Of a stretch of 39,755 nucleotides of DNA, positions 36,141 through 39,755 are shown piece by piece (within the stretch, counting starts at the first letter, position 1; each line of letters opens with the position of its first letter). The stretch lies in the NCBI GenBank assembly GCA_031404215.1, contig JANNHC010000007.1, positions 1 through 39,755 of the forward strand. Direction: 5' to 3'. The translations under genes and the position numbers were made by a program. The notes beneath the pieces are model-generated. The model saw only the letters and a list, made by a program, of their open reading frames with translations, was not told where the DNA came from and ran no database searches. The stretch comes from Acidobacteriota bacterium. GTDB lineage: Bacteria; Acidobacteriota; Vicinamibacteria; Vicinamibacterales; 2-12-FULL-66-21.

Positions 36141-37577
36141 ATGGTTCTCACCTGGCTCGACTACGTTGTCATAGCCGGCTACCTGCTGGCGATCACGGCG
36201 TTCGGATCCTGGTTCGCCAGGTTTCAGAAAACCACGCGCGACTACTTCCTGACCGACCGCTCCGTGCCCTGGTGGGCCATCTGCTTCACGATCGTCGCCA
36301 CGGAAACCAGCACGCTCAGCTTCATCGGCGTCCCGGCCGGCGCCTACGCCGGCAACATGACGTTCCTCCAGCTGGCCCTCGGCTACATCGTGGGCCGATT
36401 CCTGGTGAGCCTGCTCTTCATACCCGCCTACTTCAAGGGCGAGCTGTTCACCTCATACGAGCTGCTGCAACGCCGCTTCGGACCCTCGGTCAAGAACGCG
36501 GCGGCGATTATCTTCATGGTGACGCGCACGCTAGCGGACGGCATCCGGTTGTTTGCGACCGCGCTGGTGATCTCGGTCGTCACGCAGGTGCCCGTGGCCT
36601 GGACGATCGTGCTGCTCGGGGCCGCGATGATCGTCTACACCGTGCGCGGCGGCGTCGCGGCGGTGATCTGGACCGACGTGGTGCAGATGTTCGTCTACGT
36701 CGCCGGCGCGCTCGTCGTCTTTGTGGCGCTGCTGTGGCGCATCCCCGGCGGCTGGGCGACCGTGGCCACCGTCGGCGAAGCCGCCGGCAAGTTTCAGGTG
36801 TTTGATTTCAGCCTGGACGCGGTCAAGGTGTACACCTTCTGGGCGGGACTCTTCGGGGGTATCGCGCTCACGCTCGCCACACACGGCACCGACCAGTTCC
36901 TCGTCCAGCGGCTGCTGTCCGCCCGTTCGTCACGTGATGCCGCAAAGGGCCTCATGTTGAGCGGCTTCATCGTCTTTGCGCAGTTCCTGCTGTTCCTCGT
37001 CATCGGCGTGATGCTCTTCACCTACTACCAGCAGGTCCCCTTGCCGCGGCCGCTGCTGCGAAACGACGAGATCCTGCCGCTCTTTGTCGTGACCGGCATT
37101 CCGCAAGGGATCTCCGGTTTCATCGTTGCCGCGATTGTCGCCGCCGCGCTGTCCCCGTCGATCAACGCGCTCGCGGCCACCACAGTCAACGACTTCTACT
37201 TGAAATACGTGCGTCCCGATGCCGACGAGACACGACTCATGCGGGTGTCGAGACGTGCGACCGTCGGCTGGGGCATCGCGCAGATCGCGGTCGCACTGGC
37301 GGCCCAGTGGATCGATCGATCGGTCCTCGACGCCGGGCTGCTCGTGCTCTCGTTTGCCGCCGGGCCCGTGCTCGGCGCGTTCCTGACCGGTGTGCTCACC
37401 CGCCGCGTCGGATCCGCCGCGATGCTGGGCGGCATGATGGCCGGCACGGCGATCGTCACCACCGTGTGGTTCACCGCCGCGTGCGCGTGGACATGGTACG
37501 CGCTCGTCGGTGCCACAACCACGGGCGGGTTCGCACTGGCGCTGTCGCTCGTGCTGCCGCGGCGTGCCGATGCCTGA
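36141..37577 (+). CDS. Sodium:solute symporter family transporter
   Basis: 478 aa and polytopic: DYFLTDRSVPWWAICFTIVATETSTLSFIGVPAGAY..., GGVAAVIWTDVVQ. Confidence 0.85.
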   Translation: MVLTWLDYVVIAGYLLAITAFGSWFARFQKTTRDYFLTDRSVPWWAICFTIVATETSTLSFIGVPAGAYAGNMTFLQLALGYIVGRFLVSLLFIPAYFKGELFTSYELLQRRFGPSVKNAAAIIFMVTRTLADGIRLFATALVISVVTQVPVAWTIVLLGAAMIVYTVRGGVAAVIWTDVVQMFVYVAGALVVFVALLWRIPGGWATVATVGEAAGKFQVFDFSLDAVKVYTFWAGLFGGIALTLATHGTDQFLVQRLLSARSSRDAAKGLMLSGFIVFAQFLLFLVIGVMLFTYYQQVPLPRPLLRNDEILPLFVVTGIPQGISGFIVAAIVAAALSPSINALAATTVNDFYLKYVRPDADETRLMRVSRRATVGWGIAQIAVALAAQWIDRSVLDAGLLVLSFAAGPVLGAFLTGVLTRRVGSAAMLGGMMAGTAIVTTVWFTAACAWTWYALVGATTTGGFALALSLVLPRRADA

Positions 37578-38664
37578 CACGTTCGAACGCGCCGCCGAGA
37601 TTCTCCTCCACGGCATCCTCGATCGCGCTTTTCCAGCCGCCTCCGTCGAGGTCGGCCGCACGAAGGGCGCGCTCTGGCGCCGTTCGTTCGGGGCGCTCAC
37701 CTACGAGACGGGCGCGCCCGACGCCACAGACGACACGGTCTTCGATCTCGCGTCGCTCACGAAGGTGATCGCCACGACCACGCTCGTGATGCGCGCGGTG
37801 GACGAAGGCGCCGTGACGCTTGATGAACCGGTGCGCGCGCGGTTGCCGGAGTGGCGAGGCGCGGACCGAGAAGGGGTGACGATCCGCGACCTGCTCGCGC
37901 ATGCGTCCGGCCTTCCCGGGTACCTGCCGTACTTTCGGGATCACACCGGCCGCGTGGAATTCGAGCCGGCGATCTGTCAGGCGCCGCTCGAATACTCGCC
38001 GCGGACGCAGTCGATCTACAGCGATCTCGGGTTCATGCTGCTCGGCTTCATCCTGGAAGACGCAGGCGCCGGCAGGGCGCGAACGCCGGGCCGATTCGAT
38101 CCATCCGCGACGCTGGCCTCGCAGTTTCGAAAGATGGCATCGTTCGTCACCCCGGAGCCGCTGGCGTTCAACCCGCCACGGCTCTGGCGCGACCGAACCG
38201 CGCCAACCGAACGGGATCCTTGGCGAGGACGTCTGCTGAACGGCGAAGTGCATGATGAGAACACCTGGGCCCTCGGCGGCGCGGCCGGCCATGCCGGGCT
38301 TTTCGGCACCGCGTCCGCCGTCGGCGCCTTCGCGCGCGCGGTGCTGCGTACGATCGCCGGCGAGCACGTGCTCGCCGAGCCCTCGACGTTCCGGGAGTTC
38401 ATCCGCCGCACGAGTGTTCCGCACAGCTCGCGCGCCCTTGGCTGGGACACGATGCGGCCCTCGTCTTCCTGTGGCTCACGCCTATCTCCCAGCGCGATCG
38501 GGCACACGGGATTTACGGGAACGTCGCTCTGGATTGACTGGGAGCGGGATCTCTACGTGGTGCTGCTGACCAACCGCGTGCATCCCACGCGCGAGAACAA
38601 TCGCCTCAAGGCGATCAGGCCAGCGTTTCACGACGCGGTCGTGGAGGAAATCGCCCGCGTGTAG
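37570..38664 (+). CDS. Beta-lactamase-fold serine hydrolase (possible AmiE-like MurNAc-L-Ala amidase)
   Basis: S-x-x-K motif FDLASLTKV, plus HAGLFG and GHTGFTGTSLWID. ATG 37570 overlaps the symporter stop by 8 nt. Confidence 0.8.
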   Translation: MPDTFERAAEILLHGILDRAFPAASVEVGRTKGALWRRSFGALTYETGAPDATDDTVFDLASLTKVIATTTLVMRAVDEGAVTLDEPVRARLPEWRGADREGVTIRDLLAHASGLPGYLPYFRDHTGRVEFEPAICQAPLEYSPRTQSIYSDLGFMLLGFILEDAGAGRARTPGRFDPSATLASQFRKMASFVTPEPLAFNPPRLWRDRTAPTERDPWRGRLLNGEVHDENTWALGGAAGHAGLFGTASAVGAFARAVLRTIAGEHVLAEPSTFREFIRRTSVPHSSRALGWDTMRPSSSCGSRLSPSAIGHTGFTGTSLWIDWERDLYVVLLTNRVHPTRENNRLKAIRPAFHDAVVEEIARV

Positions 38665-38705
38665 AGAAGCGGCAGCCGGGCGTAAGACACGGCCCGTGAT
38701 CTTCT

Positions 38706-38728
38706 GGGGCAGCCCTATGGGCTGCCCC
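38706..38728. repeat. Perfect 10-bp GC hairpin GGGGCAGCCC-TAT-GGGCTGCCCC between convergent genes
   Basis: Read directly from the sequence. There is no flanking T-run on either strand, so it is REP-like or a non-canonical terminator. It shares its stem sequence with the hairpin at 8273-8290. Confidence 0.5.
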
Positions 38729-38740
38729 ACTCTCAGTGCC

Positions 38741-39755
38741 TCAGGGTCGGACGACGATGGACGTCGTGCCTTCGCCGCTCGGGCCGCTTCCCTGAACGAC
38801 CCGCACGGTGATGACCTTGGATCCCGTACTTGTATAGCTGGCCGTCGCGCGGTTGCCGGTCGTGGTCGCCGTCCGCGGCTGCGCGTCGGTGCCGAAGTCC
38901 CACTCGTAGCGCAGGATCGTTGAGGTCGCTCCTGAGACAGTGGCGGTGAAGATCACGGTTTCGCCGATGCTCGGGTTGTTGTTCGACGCCGTGATGATGA
39001 CCGCCGGCGGCTGGCCCGGCAGCACGGTGATCGACGTCGCGACCTGTTCGGTAAACCCGCTGGCTTCGATCGCCGTCGCCCTCACGGCATACGTATCCGC
39101 CTCGGCATACGTGTGCTGAATCGTCGTCGATCCGCTGATGGCGCCAAGGGACTGTTGCCGCCCGTCCCCGAAATTCACCGTCACGTCGCGAATGTTGGCG
39201 GTGGCGCCCACACCCACGGTGAAAGTGGCCGGTTGCCCGGCCGACACGGGCGTCGTCGGGCCTGCGATCGTCACGCCGGTCCTCGGATTGAGCGTGATGC
39301 TGACGTCCGCGGTCTTGCCCGCCACGTTGGCGGTCACCTTGGCCGCGCGCGACGTGGTCAGCGTGGTCTGCGCGCTGCCGGCGGAGTCTGTCGTCGCCGA
39401 CGACGCCGAGAGCGAACCGGCGTCCGTGGAAAACGTGACGGGAACACCGGCGAGACCGGTGCCTGACGTGTCCTCGACGCGCGCCGAAATCGTGGACGTG
39501 CCCCCCGAGGGACCAAGCGTCTGCGGGCTGGCGCTGACGAGCACGCGCTCTACGCCAGCGCTTCCAACCTTCAGATTCTCGAGCTTTCCCGATGCGCCGC
39601 CGGAAAACGCCGTAATGGTGGCGGTGCCGCTCTGCCCGCTCGAAATGAATTTCACGCGCACCTGACCGTTGTTCGTCCGCGCCTCGCTCGGCTCTATGCG
39701 GCCGATGGTCGTCGTGAACGACACGAGCGTGCCGTTTTGTACCGGCGTTCCGGCT
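38741..39755 (-). CDS. Surface/secreted protein with Big_1-like Ig repeats and PKD-like repeats; N-terminus lies beyond the window end
   Basis: Repeats such as GVPVTFSTDAGSLSASSATTDSAGSAQTTLT (invasin/Big_1-like) and RYEWDFGTDAQPRT...ASYTSTGSKVITVRV (PKD-like). The frame stays open upstream of the GTG at 39724 to the window edge (AGTPVQNGTLVSFTTT...). Confidence 0.75.
   Translation of the reverse strand, partial: AGTPVQNGTLVSFTTTIGRIEPSEARTNNGQVRVKFISSGQSGTATITAFSGGASGKLENLKVGSAGVERVLVSASPQTLGPSGGTSTISARVEDTSGTGLAGVPVTFSTDAGSLSASSATTDSAGSAQTTLTTSRAAKVTANVAGKTADVSITLNPRTGVTIAGPTTPVSAGQPATFTVGVGATANIRDVTVNFGDGRQQSLGAISGSTTIQHTYAEADTYAVRATAIEASGFTEQVATSITVLPGQPPAVIITASNNNPSIGETVIFTATVSGATSTILRYEWDFGTDAQPRTATTTGNRATASYTSTGSKVITVRVVQGSGPSGEGTTSIVVRP

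Overview
High-GC chromosomal segment of a diderm bacterium. The gene content (Tol-Pal, LptFG, HprK-type regulatory PTS, MoxR/DUF58/BatA operon) fits Acidobacteriota- or Gemmatimonadota-like lineages, but that is inference only. The window is almost entirely conserved housekeeping operons. In order: an AT-rich DUF559 endonuclease gene abutting a truncated rpoN tail; hpf-hprK-rapZ-EIIA(Man)-ptsH-ptsI; a cupin; ssb; tolQ-tolR-tolA/tonB-like-tolB-pal-ybgF on the minus strand; recN; miaB; a DUF151 nuclease; parA-parB; a single-ORF lptF-lptG; a YtrA-type GntR regulator with a striking CTAG-phased operator; a PHP hydrolase; metK; DUF4342; xerD coupled to a MoxR-DUF58-BatA-DUF4175-like/GATase-like (Bat-like) operon; an amino-sugar/MurNAc recycling cluster (murQ, nagB, BadF-type kinase, GHL10, Na+/solute symporter, beta-lactamase-fold hydrolase); and a partial Ig/PKD surface protein. 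I saw no rRNA, tRNA, CRISPR array, transposase, prophage or recognisable defence island, and no convincing novel multi-gene system. The points worth a second look are structural oddities: (1) rpoN reduced to its last ~66 codons next to a foreign-looking DUF559 cassette; (2) two apparent gene fusions or frameshift seams (lptF-lptG, and the 1.27-kaa Bat-operon ORF, which has an internal SD+ATG+signal peptide and an ATGA-coupled stop in another frame); (3) recurrent sense-strand G/T-rich intercistronic spacers and a GTAG+hairpin REP-like family; (4) five CTAG tetramers at exact 8-bp phasing over the GntR start. Most long ORFs antisense to these genes in the six-frame track are high-GC shadow ORFs.
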